Shown here: in pieces, positions 52,278 through 60,892 of the stretch
Layout of the letters: each line of letters starts with the position of its first letter
Numbering within the stretch: the stretch's first letter is position 1
NCBI GenBank assembly: GCA_964291625.2
Contig: OZ220089.1
Coordinates: forward strand, 3,840,001 to 3,904,000
Reading direction: 5' to 3'
DNA: 64,000 nt
From: Candidatus Latescibacterota bacterium
GTDB taxonomy: Bacteria; Latescibacterota; UBA2968; UBA8231
Translations under genes and position numbers: made by a program
The notes under the pieces: generated by a model
The model's input: the letters and a program-made list of their open reading frames with translations, nothing else
What the model was told of the DNA's origin: nothing
Databases searched by the model: none

Positions 52278-55052
52278 CTACCGCAGCAGGGTGAGCTTGC
52301 GGGTCTGCGCCCCCGCGGACGTCACCAGCCGGTACACGTAGACGCCGCTGGCCAGCGGCCGTCCCCGGTCGTCCCGGCCATCCCAGCCCAGGCGGTGCAT
52401 CCCGGCCTCCCGCGGACCCACGTGCAGCACCGCCACCCGCTGGCCCGTCAGGGCGAAGACCTCCAGGCGCGCCGGACCGGACCTCAGCTGGAGCCAGGGG
52501 ATCACCGTCCGGCTGTTGAAGGGGTTGGGGGCGTTCTGCTGCAGGCCGGGGGCCTCGGGCAGCCCGATCCGCTCCCGGGCCATGGCCACCAGTCTGGCCC
52601 GGGCCGGCTGGCCGAAGTGCTCTGCGAAGAGGTAGAAGTCGGCCAGGTCCACCGTGCCGCCGGCGTCCAGGTCGAAGCGGGGGTCGCTGCCGCCGAAGGC
52701 CTCGACGAAGAGGAAGAAGTCGGGGAAGCCGACCTCGCCGTCGAGGTCGAAGTCGGGCGTGGCCCTGGCGCCGGCGGTGAAGGTCACCGGCTCCAGCCCG
52801 GCCACGGCGGCCGCGACGGTGTTCGTCCCCGGGTCGCGCCCGAGGGTCAGGGTCGTGGCGGCGCGGCCTTGGGCGTCGGTCGTGTCCACGGCCGCCGACA
52901 GCGTCCCCCCGCCGGCGGTGACCTCGAAGGTGACCTCGGCGCCCTCGAGGAGGTCGCCGTGCTGATCTCTCACTTCCACCACGAAGGGACTGTGCAGCTG
53001 CGACTGGAGCGGTCCTTCCTGCTCCTCGCCGCCGACCGCGGCCAGCGCTTTGGGATTCGGGAGAATGGACGCCACGTCCCACAGCAGGATCGTGCCGTCC
53101 TGGGAGGAGGAAGCGAGGACCGTCCCGTCGGGTGAGAACACTACCGTGCTGACGATGTGTCCGTGTCCATCCAGGGTGGCGAGAATGTCGCCCGTGGCCA
53201 CCTCCCACAGCCTGACCCGCCCGTCCTGGTGGCCGGCAGCGAAGAGGGTCCCGTCAGGGGAGAGATCCACGCCCTGGGCCCAGTCCCGTTGCAGCGTCCT
53301 GATATTGGCGCCCCTCGCCACGTCCCAGAGGTTGACGCGATTGCTCGACCCGGATAGCAGGGACCCGCCGTCCGGGGAGAACGAGAGGGCCTGAACGCCA
53401 TATTCATGCCCGGAGGCGGAAGCGGCCGTGGAGGTGCCTTCCGCCAGGTCCCAGAGCCGGACCCTTCCCTTCGACGAACCCGACGCCAGGGTCCTGCCAT
53501 CGGGTGAGAACAGGAGGGATGTGACCGCTATGGTCAGATGTCCGTCCGGGCCGATCTGGATCCGGTCCACATCGCCGAGGAGGGAGCGGATCCTCGTCTT
53601 CGACTCCAGGTCCCACAGGTAGATCACATCCTCGTCGGTACCTGCCGCGAGGGTCATGCCATCCGGTGCAAAGGCTACGGATGTGATCTTCGGTACATAG
53701 TGCTCCGACGGGATCGTGCGCATGGGACCGAGACTGCCGATCGGGGCGCCCGTGGCCGCGTCCAGAAGTCGCACCTCGCCGCCATGGACCCCTTGAGCGA
53801 GAGTCCCGCCGTCGGGCGAAAAGGCCAGCACCCTGTCCCGGCTCGCCCCGGTGAGGGTGGCGGTCCTTCGTCCCGTCGCCACATCCCACAGGTCGATCGA
53901 CGCGTCCCAGGCGTAGGCGGTCGTCGCCAGCGTCGATCCGTCGGGCGAAAAGGCCAGGCCGGGGAGGACCTCCATGTGCTCTGAGAGAGCGGTGGCCTCT
54001 CCCGTGGTCAGATCCCAGAGGAAGACCGATCCTTCCGTGGCCGAGGCGATGGTCCTGCCATCCGGGGAAAAGGCGACCGACTCAACAAGGTCTCCCTGTC
54101 CGTAGAAGGTGTGGATTTTCGCTTTGGCCAGATCCCACACCTGGACGGTACCAAGCGGGCCCCCGGAGGCGAGGATGGCTGGATCCGGGGAATACGAGAC
54201 CGAGAAGACCTGGAGCTTTACTCCCAGATGCTGGCGTCCTCGCATGCGGAGCTCGAGGGTGAGGGCATGGGTACCGGTCTCCACGTCCCACAGCTGGACC
54301 GTGCCATCCCTGGATGCCGAGGCTACGGTCGTCCCGTCCGGGGAGAAGGAGACGGACCGGATCTCCTCCCAGTGCCTGAAGGTGACGGTGTTGGCTCCGG
54401 TCGCCAGGTCCCACAGCCGGACCGATCCGTCCATTTCCCCTGCCACGAGCGCCGTTCCGCCTGGAGAGAAGGACACGGAAGTGACCTCGGAGGTCTCTCC
54501 ATCGAGGGTGGTGGCAAGCCGGCTGCCCGTCGCCAGGTCCCACAGTTCGACCGGCGAACCTCCCGTGCCGGTGGCGAGGGTTCCCCCATCGGGAGCAAGG
54601 GCCATGGCCTCGATCCAGGCCTCCCCGCCGAGTGCGGCGGTTCGGGTGCCCGCCGCGACGTCCCACAGCTCGATCCCCCCCTGCGAGCCAAGCACGAGAG
54701 TCGTGCCGTCGGTGGTGTAGGCCACCGCCTGGGCCCTCTCGACGGGCAGCAGCGTCAGCCTGCTCCGGTCCTCCAGGTCGTACAGCCATACGCCGATGAC
54801 GGTCGCCACGGCGAGGGATCGCCCATCCGGGGCAAAGGTGACCGCCCTGTCGCTCTGGCTGACGCGTCCCTTCCCCAGGCGGACCGTGGCGCCATCGGGC
54901 AGGTTCCACGTGGGGTACTCTGCCTCCGAGAGGGACACGGCCGAGAGTCCGTCTCCCGCGCTGCCGTCCGGTCCGTTCGTGGCATGGGCGCCCGCCAGGT
55001 GCACAACGAGAGCGGGCAGCGCCAACAGGACGGGGTGAACGGGGATTCTCAT
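52278..55052 (-). CDS. Secreted WD40-repeat protein with Ig-like domain, dockerin/EF-hand-like repeat and FlgD/T9SS-like C-terminus
   Basis: About 13-14 FSPDG...WD repeats; DFDLDGEVGFPDF; QNAPNPFN...WDGRDD...SGVY...RKLTLLR. Confidence 0.88.
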   Translation of the reverse strand: MRIPVHPVLLALPALVVHLAGAHATNGPDGSAGDGLSAVSLSEAEYPTWNLPDGATVRLGKGRVSQSDRAVTFAPDGRSLAVATVIGVWLYDLEDRSRLTLLPVERAQAVAYTTDGTTLVLGSQGGIELWDVAAGTRTAALGGEAWIEAMALAPDGGTLATGTGGSPVELWDLATGSRLATTLDGETSEVTSVSFSPGGTALVAGEMDGSVRLWDLATGANTVTFRHWEEIRSVSFSPDGTTVASASRDGTVQLWDVETGTHALTLELRMRGRQHLGVKLQVFSVSYSPDPAILASGGPLGTVQVWDLAKAKIHTFYGQGDLVESVAFSPDGRTIASATEGSVFLWDLTTGEATALSEHMEVLPGLAFSPDGSTLATTAYAWDASIDLWDVATGRRTATLTGASRDRVLAFSPDGGTLAQGVHGGEVRLLDAATGAPIGSLGPMRTIPSEHYVPKITSVAFAPDGMTLAAGTDEDVIYLWDLESKTRIRSLLGDVDRIQIGPDGHLTIAVTSLLFSPDGRTLASGSSKGRVRLWDLAEGTSTAASASGHEYGVQALSFSPDGGSLLSGSSNRVNLWDVARGANIRTLQRDWAQGVDLSPDGTLFAAGHQDGRVRLWEVATGDILATLDGHGHIVSTVVFSPDGTVLASSSQDGTILLWDVASILPNPKALAAVGGEEQEGPLQSQLHSPFVVEVRDQHGDLLEGAEVTFEVTAGGGTLSAAVDTTDAQGRAATTLTLGRDPGTNTVAAAVAGLEPVTFTAGARATPDFDLDGEVGFPDFFLFVEAFGGSDPRFDLDAGGTVDLADFYLFAEHFGQPARARLVAMARERIGLPEAPGLQQNAPNPFNSRTVIPWLQLRSGPARLEVFALTGQRVAVLHVGPREAGMHRLGWDGRDDRGRPLASGVYVYRLVTSAGAQTRKLTLLR

Positions 55053-55070
55053 GGGACCCTCGGGCCGCCC

Positions 55071-58000
55071 TCAGCGCAGCAGGGTGAGCTTGCGCGTCTG
55101 CGCGGCCCCGGCGGTCATCAGCCGGCACACGTAGACGCCGCTGGCCAGCGGCCGGCCCTGGTCGTCGCGGCCGTCCCAGCGCAGGTGGTGCAGGCCGGCC
55201 TCCTGCGGACCATCATGCAGCACCGCGACTCTCTGGCCCGTCAGGGCGAACACCTCCAGGCGGGCCACCCCCGGATCCAGCACGAACCAGGAAATCACCG
55301 TCTGGCTGTTGAAGGGGTTGGGCGCGTTCTGCTGCAGTCCGGGTCCCTCGGGGAGCCCGATCAGTCCCTGGGCCAGGGCCACCAGCCTGGCCCGCGCCGG
55401 CTGGCCGAAGTGCTCGGAGAAGAGGAAGAAGTCGGCGAAGTCCACCGAGCCGCTGGCGTCCAGGTCGAAGCGGGGGTCACCGCTTCCGAAGTGCTCGGCG
55501 AAGAGGTAGAAGTCGGCGAGGCCGACCTCGCCGTCGCCGTCGAAGTCGGGTGCCGGCACCCGGGTGGCCGTGAAGGCCACCGGCTCCAGACCCTCCACGG
55601 CGGCCTCCACGGTGATCGGCCCCAGCTCCTCGCCCAGGGTCAGGGTGGTGGACGCCAGCCCCTCCGCGTCGGTGGTGTCGGCGGCGGCCGAGAGCGTCCC
55701 GTCCCCGGCGGCGGTGACGGCAAAGGTGACGGCCACGCCGGGCAGGGCCTCCCCGTTCTGATCGAGCACCGAGACGACGAAGGGCTCGGCGAGGGCGCCC
55801 CCGGCCGCCAGCTGTCCGTCCCCGGAGAGCTTCGCCAGGCTCCGGGGAACGGCGATGCCGACGGCGGTGAAGGTCACCGGCGCCAGCCCGGCCACCGTCA
55901 CCTCGACCGCATTGGGCCCCGGAGTGCGGCCCAGGGTCAGGGTGGTGGCCGCCTGTCCGCGGGCGTCGGTGGTGGCCGTGGCCGCCGAGAGGGTGCCGCC
56001 GCCGGCGGTGACGGCGAAGGTGACGGCCACCCCGGCCATCGGCGAGCCCGCCTGGTCGAGCAGGGAAACGACGAGAGGGGCGGCCAGGGGGGAGCCGCTC
56101 GCTCCCTGCTGTTCATCGCCCCCGACCTTGTCCAGGGTCGTGGGGGCAGCCCGCGTATGGGCGGAGAACGTCACGGCCTCGAGATCGTCCACAATGGCCA
56201 GCACGGTGTTCGGTCCTGGTGAGCTGCCCAGGGTCAGGGTGGTGGCGGCCCGGCCGCGGGCGTCGGTCTCGCTCGTCTCGACCGACAGGGACCCGCCGCC
56301 GCCGATGATCCGGAAGAGAACGCGGACGCCTTCCAGGGGATCTCCGTTCTGATCCCTGACCTCGATGACAAAGGGCTCGGAGAGGACGGCATCGGGCCCG
56401 CCTTCCTGTGCGTCGCCGGACACCCCGGTCACGGTCCGCGGCTGGAGCAGAACACGCCCGAGGTCCCAGACCAGGGCGGTGCCGTCCTCCGATCCCGAGG
56501 CGAAGGTCGATCCGTCGGGGGCAAAGGCCAGGCTCCCGACGTGACCTCCATGGCCTTCGAGGGTGGCGATCAGGGTGCCCGTGGCAACGTCCCGCACCTC
56601 CAGCACGTCGACATTGTGCAGGTCGAGAGTTCCCGAGACGACGATCGATCCGTCGGGGGAAAAGAGCGCGTTGGAAGCGTATCCCGGGTATTCGATCGAC
56701 AAGGTGGCCTGGTTGCTCCCGGGAGGGACTTTCCAGATGGAGATCGTCTCACGGTCGGGCCGTGCAAGTGCGAGAGCTGTCCCGTCGGGAGTGAAGGACG
56801 CCCCGTAGATCGGGTCGGAGACGCCCCGGGCGAGGATGCTCGCGCCCGTGGCCAGGTCCCACATGTCCAGACCGGCTGCCGCCGCGGCCAGTGTCGTCCC
56901 GTCCGGGGAGAAGGCCAGGGAGCCGATCCCCTGGACATCTCCCTCGTAGGTGGCGGTAGACTCCCCGGACACCACGTCCCAGAGCGTGACCTTGCCCCTG
57001 GCATCCCCCGAGGCGATCGACCCACCGTCCGGCGAGAAGGCCACGGCGCTGATCCAGCTGCCATCTGGCGCTGCGAGAGTGGTGATCTCGGCGGCCGTGG
57101 CCACGTCCCACAGCTTGACCGTCCGATCCGACGAGGCGGAGGCCAGGGTAGCCCCATCCGGCGAGAAGACCACGGAATTGAGCCGGCCCGTGTGGCCCTC
57201 GAGAATGGCGGTGTTGGTCGCTGTCCCCAGGTCCCAGAGGTGGACCTCGTCGAAGCCCATGACCGCAGCCAGCGTTTTCCCATCCGGAGCCAGGGCCACG
57301 GAACGGGACGCCCCGCCGAAATGTCCCTCCGCAATCGTGACGGCGCTTCTCCTGGCCAGGTCCCAGAGCGCGACACTCGCGTTGCCGACGAATCCGGAGG
57401 CCAACGCCCTGCCATCGGGCGAGAAGGCTACAAGACCGCCGCTCCCCGCGGCGATGGTGGTAGCGTGTCCCGTGGAGAGGTCCCACAACCGGACATCGTA
57501 CGACCCCGAGGCGAGGGTGCTGCCATCAGGGGAGAAGTCCAGGGAGACGACCCATCTCTCGTGCCCCTCAAGGGTGGTGACGGCGCCGGTGACCACGTCC
57601 CAGAGCTTGATCGTGTGGTCGAGGGACGCGGAAGCAACTGTCCCTCCGTCGGGCGAGAAGGAGACGTCCCAGACCTCGGCGCCATGGCCCCGGAAGATCT
57701 CGGTCCCGGCAGCCGTCTCCACGTCCCACAAGCGGACCGTATGGTCATGCAATCCCCCCGCCAGGGTCTTCCCGTCGGGGGAGAACGCCACGGACCGGAT
57801 CCCCCACAGGCCTGCCTCGGAAATGGCAGCCCTCAGGGTCGCCGTCTCCACGTCCCACAGCTCGATGCCAGTGGATGCGGAAGCGAGTGTGCTCCCATCG
57901 GGCGAGAAGGCGACGCTTTCAGCAGTTACCTCGAGAGCCACTATCTGGTGGCCTGTCTCCACGTCCCACAGCCTGACCTTGTCCTTGTGACTCCCGCAGG

Positions 58001-60500
58001 AGGCGAGGGTGGTCCCATCGGGCGAGAAGGCCAGGTCCCTGGCTGGACGGGCGGGCAGCAGGGCCAATTCCCGGTAGGTCGCTGCATCGTACAACCAGAT
58101 ACCGGCATCCGTTCCCACGGCGAGAACCTCGCCATCGGGTGAGAAGGCGAAGTCCCGGATCCGGCCCTTTCCCAGACGGACGGTGGCGGCATGGGGCAGA
58201 CGCCAGGTATGGAAGTCACCTTCCATGCGGGGTGGGTCCAGGCCTCCGGCCCCTGCGGCGCTGAAGGAGAAGCCCTGGAGCCCGGGGGAGGAGACCTCCA
58301 CGATGTTCGTGCCCTGGAGGGGGCCGAGGGTGAGCACCGCCTCGACCCGGCCGCTGTCGTCCGTCGTCCTGCTCTGCAGCGTGAACCGCCCGCCGACGCT
58401 CCCATCTCCCTGGGTGACCGCGAAGGTGACCTCCACACCCGGCAGGGGGGCGTCGTACTGATCCCGCACCTCGACGACGAGCGGGTTCGCCAATACCTCT
58501 CCGCCCGCTCCCCGCTGCTGGTCCCCCGAGACCATCACCAGCCTCCGAGGCCGCGGCACCTGCCATTCGGCAATCTCCCAGAGCCCGATTCTGCCGTCCT
58601 CCGTTCCCGCGGCCAGCGTCGCTCCATCGGGCGAGAACGCCACCGTGTTGACTCTCCTGCCCTCCCCCTGCAGCGTGGCGAGCCTGTCCTTCGTCACCGG
58701 GTCCCACAGGCAGACAGCCAGGTCGGCCCCCGAAGCGAGCAGGGACCCGTCGGCGGAGAAGGCCACCGATCGGACGGGCCCGTCGTGTCCTTCGAGCACG
58801 GCGACGCTCTCCCCTTCGGCCACGTCCCACAGCCGCACGGTGAAATCCTCCCATGCGGATGCGATCAGGGTCCCCTCCGGTGAGAAGGCCACGGCGTTGA
58901 CGCCGCCGCCTCCACCGGTGCCGCCGGGCCGATAGGCCGCGACTTCGGTCCGTCTCTCCAGGTCCCACAGTCGAACCCAATCCCTGGAGCCGGAAGCGAG
59001 ACTCGCGCCGTCGGGGGAGAAGGCCACCGAGGAAGCGTCCGTGGGCAAGGTCGCGGCAGTGGTCTGCGCCGCCATGTCCCACAGCCGGATGCCGTCCGCC
59101 GCCCCGGAGGCCAGCATCGCTCCGTCGGGCGAGAAAGCGAGGGAGCGGATCGACTCGGTATGGCCGCCGAGATTGCCGACCACCTGGCCGCCTTCCAGGT
59201 CCAGCAGCTGAAGCAGTCCGCCGGCTGTGGACGCCAGGATCGTGCCGTCGGGCGAAATAGCCACCGCTCTGGTTCCACCAAAGAGGGAGGTCGTCCCTGT
59301 CAGCGTCTCCAGGTCCCACAGTACAGTCCCCCCGAACGACGCGGAGGCCAGGATTTCGCCTCCGGGGGCAAATGTCACTGCATGGACCTGGTCGTCTGCC
59401 TCGAGGGTGGCGAGATGCTGCCGCGACAGTTGCCACAGGTCGAAGCTGAGATAGCTCCTGTTTCCGTCGGTATCGAGCACGGTGATGCTGATTGGATGCA
59501 CCGGGGGGTTGGACAGATCCGACAGGCCATAGGCGCTGCCGGAGGGGATCACGCCATCGTAGTCGATTTCGACGACAGCCTCTTTCTCGCCCATCAATCC
59601 GCGGCAACCCTTCAGTTCATCGCCTACTGGATGGATGGCGTACGTCTGCCTCGTGGGAACCCTCAGGCGCAACTGCTGAAGTCCGTCCGGGTCGCTGAGC
59701 TCGAGCCGGATGGGAGCGCTCGCCGAGCCTTCCGGGTAGATCGACGGGGAAAGCAGTCTGATAGCTGGCGCCTCTCCCCATTCGACTCCCACAGCGGGGT
59801 TGAAGTAGGGATGAGCGGCCAGGAATTCGGCGCTGCACGGAGACAGGGAGTCATTTGAGCCGTAGGACAGGACGTATGAACCATCGCGGAAGTCGTGTCC
59901 CATACCGAAGGCGTGGGCCAGCTCATGGGCCAGAATCCGCCGGGTGAATCGACCGCCCACCAGGGCGGCACCTCCCTGTTTCGACCACCAGGTTCCCTCT
60001 CCGCCATGTTTCCGATTGATCCGGTTGTTGCTGATGTCGATGACAAAGAGACTGATGCTCTTGGACAGATCGAACCCCTGCCTGATCTCATCGGCCAGGG
60101 CCCAGGTGCCGTCGATGTAGTGACTGTCGGGGTATTGCCCATCCACGCGGTGAACGACCGGGTCGCCCTCGTCATCCCTCTCCAACCGGAAGGTCCTGTA
60201 CCCGAACCCGTGGGCCTCCATCTGCCTGCCGTACCAGACCTGAACGCTGTCCATCTCGTCCCGGATCCTCTGGACCACGTGCACGCGCAGCCGGCGGTCA
60301 CTGGGCAGGAAGTAGAACATCCGCACCGTGCGCGGCTCACCGGCGTCGAGATTCGCCAGCCGCTTGCCGGCGGCACGGATGAAGGACGGAGACTGTCCGG
60401 GCTCCAGGAACAGGCAGGTATGCAGGCTGTCGGAGGGAGACGGCGAGGCGTGGCAGACGGCCGGGGGGAAGAGCAGGAGAGCGAGTACCAGCTTCTTCAC
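55071..60500 (-). CDS. Large secreted protein: metzincin-like peptidase, two WD40 blocks, four Ig-like domains, dockerin/EF-hand-like repeat, FlgD/T9SS-like C-terminus
   Basis: Signal peptide, HELAHAFGMGHD, about 20 WD40 repeats, repeated VTFAVT.GGGTLS modules, same tail as the downstream gene. Confidence 0.88.
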   Translation of the reverse strand: MKKLVLALLLFPPAVCHASPSPSDSLHTCLFLEPGQSPSFIRAAGKRLANLDAGEPRTVRMFYFLPSDRRLRVHVVQRIRDEMDSVQVWYGRQMEAHGFGYRTFRLERDDEGDPVVHRVDGQYPDSHYIDGTWALADEIRQGFDLSKSISLFVIDISNNRINRKHGGEGTWWSKQGGAALVGGRFTRRILAHELAHAFGMGHDFRDGSYVLSYGSNDSLSPCSAEFLAAHPYFNPAVGVEWGEAPAIRLLSPSIYPEGSASAPIRLELSDPDGLQQLRLRVPTRQTYAIHPVGDELKGCRGLMGEKEAVVEIDYDGVIPSGSAYGLSDLSNPPVHPISITVLDTDGNRSYLSFDLWQLSRQHLATLEADDQVHAVTFAPGGEILASASFGGTVLWDLETLTGTTSLFGGTRAVAISPDGTILASTAGGLLQLLDLEGGQVVGNLGGHTESIRSLAFSPDGAMLASGAADGIRLWDMAAQTTAATLPTDASSVAFSPDGASLASGSRDWVRLWDLERRTEVAAYRPGGTGGGGGVNAVAFSPEGTLIASAWEDFTVRLWDVAEGESVAVLEGHDGPVRSVAFSADGSLLASGADLAVCLWDPVTKDRLATLQGEGRRVNTVAFSPDGATLAAGTEDGRIGLWEIAEWQVPRPRRLVMVSGDQQRGAGGEVLANPLVVEVRDQYDAPLPGVEVTFAVTQGDGSVGGRFTLQSRTTDDSGRVEAVLTLGPLQGTNIVEVSSPGLQGFSFSAAGAGGLDPPRMEGDFHTWRLPHAATVRLGKGRIRDFAFSPDGEVLAVGTDAGIWLYDAATYRELALLPARPARDLAFSPDGTTLASCGSHKDKVRLWDVETGHQIVALEVTAESVAFSPDGSTLASASTGIELWDVETATLRAAISEAGLWGIRSVAFSPDGKTLAGGLHDHTVRLWDVETAAGTEIFRGHGAEVWDVSFSPDGGTVASASLDHTIKLWDVVTGAVTTLEGHERWVVSLDFSPDGSTLASGSYDVRLWDLSTGHATTIAAGSGGLVAFSPDGRALASGFVGNASVALWDLARRSAVTIAEGHFGGASRSVALAPDGKTLAAVMGFDEVHLWDLGTATNTAILEGHTGRLNSVVFSPDGATLASASSDRTVKLWDVATAAEITTLAAPDGSWISAVAFSPDGGSIASGDARGKVTLWDVVSGESTATYEGDVQGIGSLAFSPDGTTLAAAAAGLDMWDLATGASILARGVSDPIYGASFTPDGTALALARPDRETISIWKVPPGSNQATLSIEYPGYASNALFSPDGSIVVSGTLDLHNVDVLEVRDVATGTLIATLEGHGGHVGSLAFAPDGSTFASGSEDGTALVWDLGRVLLQPRTVTGVSGDAQEGGPDAVLSEPFVIEVRDQNGDPLEGVRVLFRIIGGGGSLSVETSETDARGRAATTLTLGSSPGPNTVLAIVDDLEAVTFSAHTRAAPTTLDKVGGDEQQGASGSPLAAPLVVSLLDQAGSPMAGVAVTFAVTAGGGTLSAATATTDARGQAATTLTLGRTPGPNAVEVTVAGLAPVTFTAVGIAVPRSLAKLSGDGQLAAGGALAEPFVVSVLDQNGEALPGVAVTFAVTAAGDGTLSAAADTTDAEGLASTTLTLGEELGPITVEAAVEGLEPVAFTATRVPAPDFDGDGEVGLADFYLFAEHFGSGDPRFDLDASGSVDFADFFLFSEHFGQPARARLVALAQGLIGLPEGPGLQQNAPNPFNSQTVISWFVLDPGVARLEVFALTGQRVAVLHDGPQEAGLHHLRWDGRDDQGRPLASGVYVCRLMTAGAAQTRKLTLLR
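55600..56430 (-). repeat. Three tandem Ig-module repeats with a 297-bp period
   Basis: CCCAGGGTCAGGGTGGTGG at 55633, 55930 and 56227. Confidence 0.8.
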
Positions 60501-60567
60501 TTCTCGAAGCCCCTTGAAACGCTGTGAGCACGCCCGTCCGCGTCCCTGTGGCCGTCACCGACGGGAA

Positions 60568-60596
60568 CACGTATTCCGACTCTCCTTCCATGTCAA
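60568..60596 (-). promoter_or_regulatory. sigma70-type promoter for the WD40 gene pair
   Basis: TTGACA-N17-TACGTG on the minus strand. Confidence 0.55.
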
Positions 60597-60892
60597 GGGA
60601 TCTCTCTTGTCCTCCAACATCACCTGCCGCAGCATGCTGTTTGTGTATGCGATACGTCTTTGTCGTATCTGCTTGGGAAGTCTCCGTGGCAGTCCCGGAT
60701 GTGTATGGGGTATTCGGGCCCTCTTGCGCAGTCACCTCCTCATACGGAATTCTCGTAGATCGTCGTATTCCGGGTGCGTGGCAGCCCCTGGAGGAGGCTG
60801 GTGGATCCTGCAGTAACGGCGCCCCAGGGAAGGCGCAAGGACGGGGGTTCCGCCCCGGGATCGATGGGGGTCCGCTTCTCTACAAGGGCAGT

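Noticed and set aside
40400-59400. CRISPR array or diversity-generating retroelement behind the repeats
   Set aside because: The repeats are in-frame protein repeats (LRR, YWTD, WD40, Ig); there is no constant repeat-spacer pattern, no reverse transcriptase, and differences between the duplicated tails are not adenine-specific
60337-60735. 132-aa ORF or riboswitch in the long intergenic region
   Set aside because: The ORF overlaps the start of the 1809-aa gene and its promoter and has no recognisable features; I recognised no riboswitch consensus (an Rfam scan would settle this)
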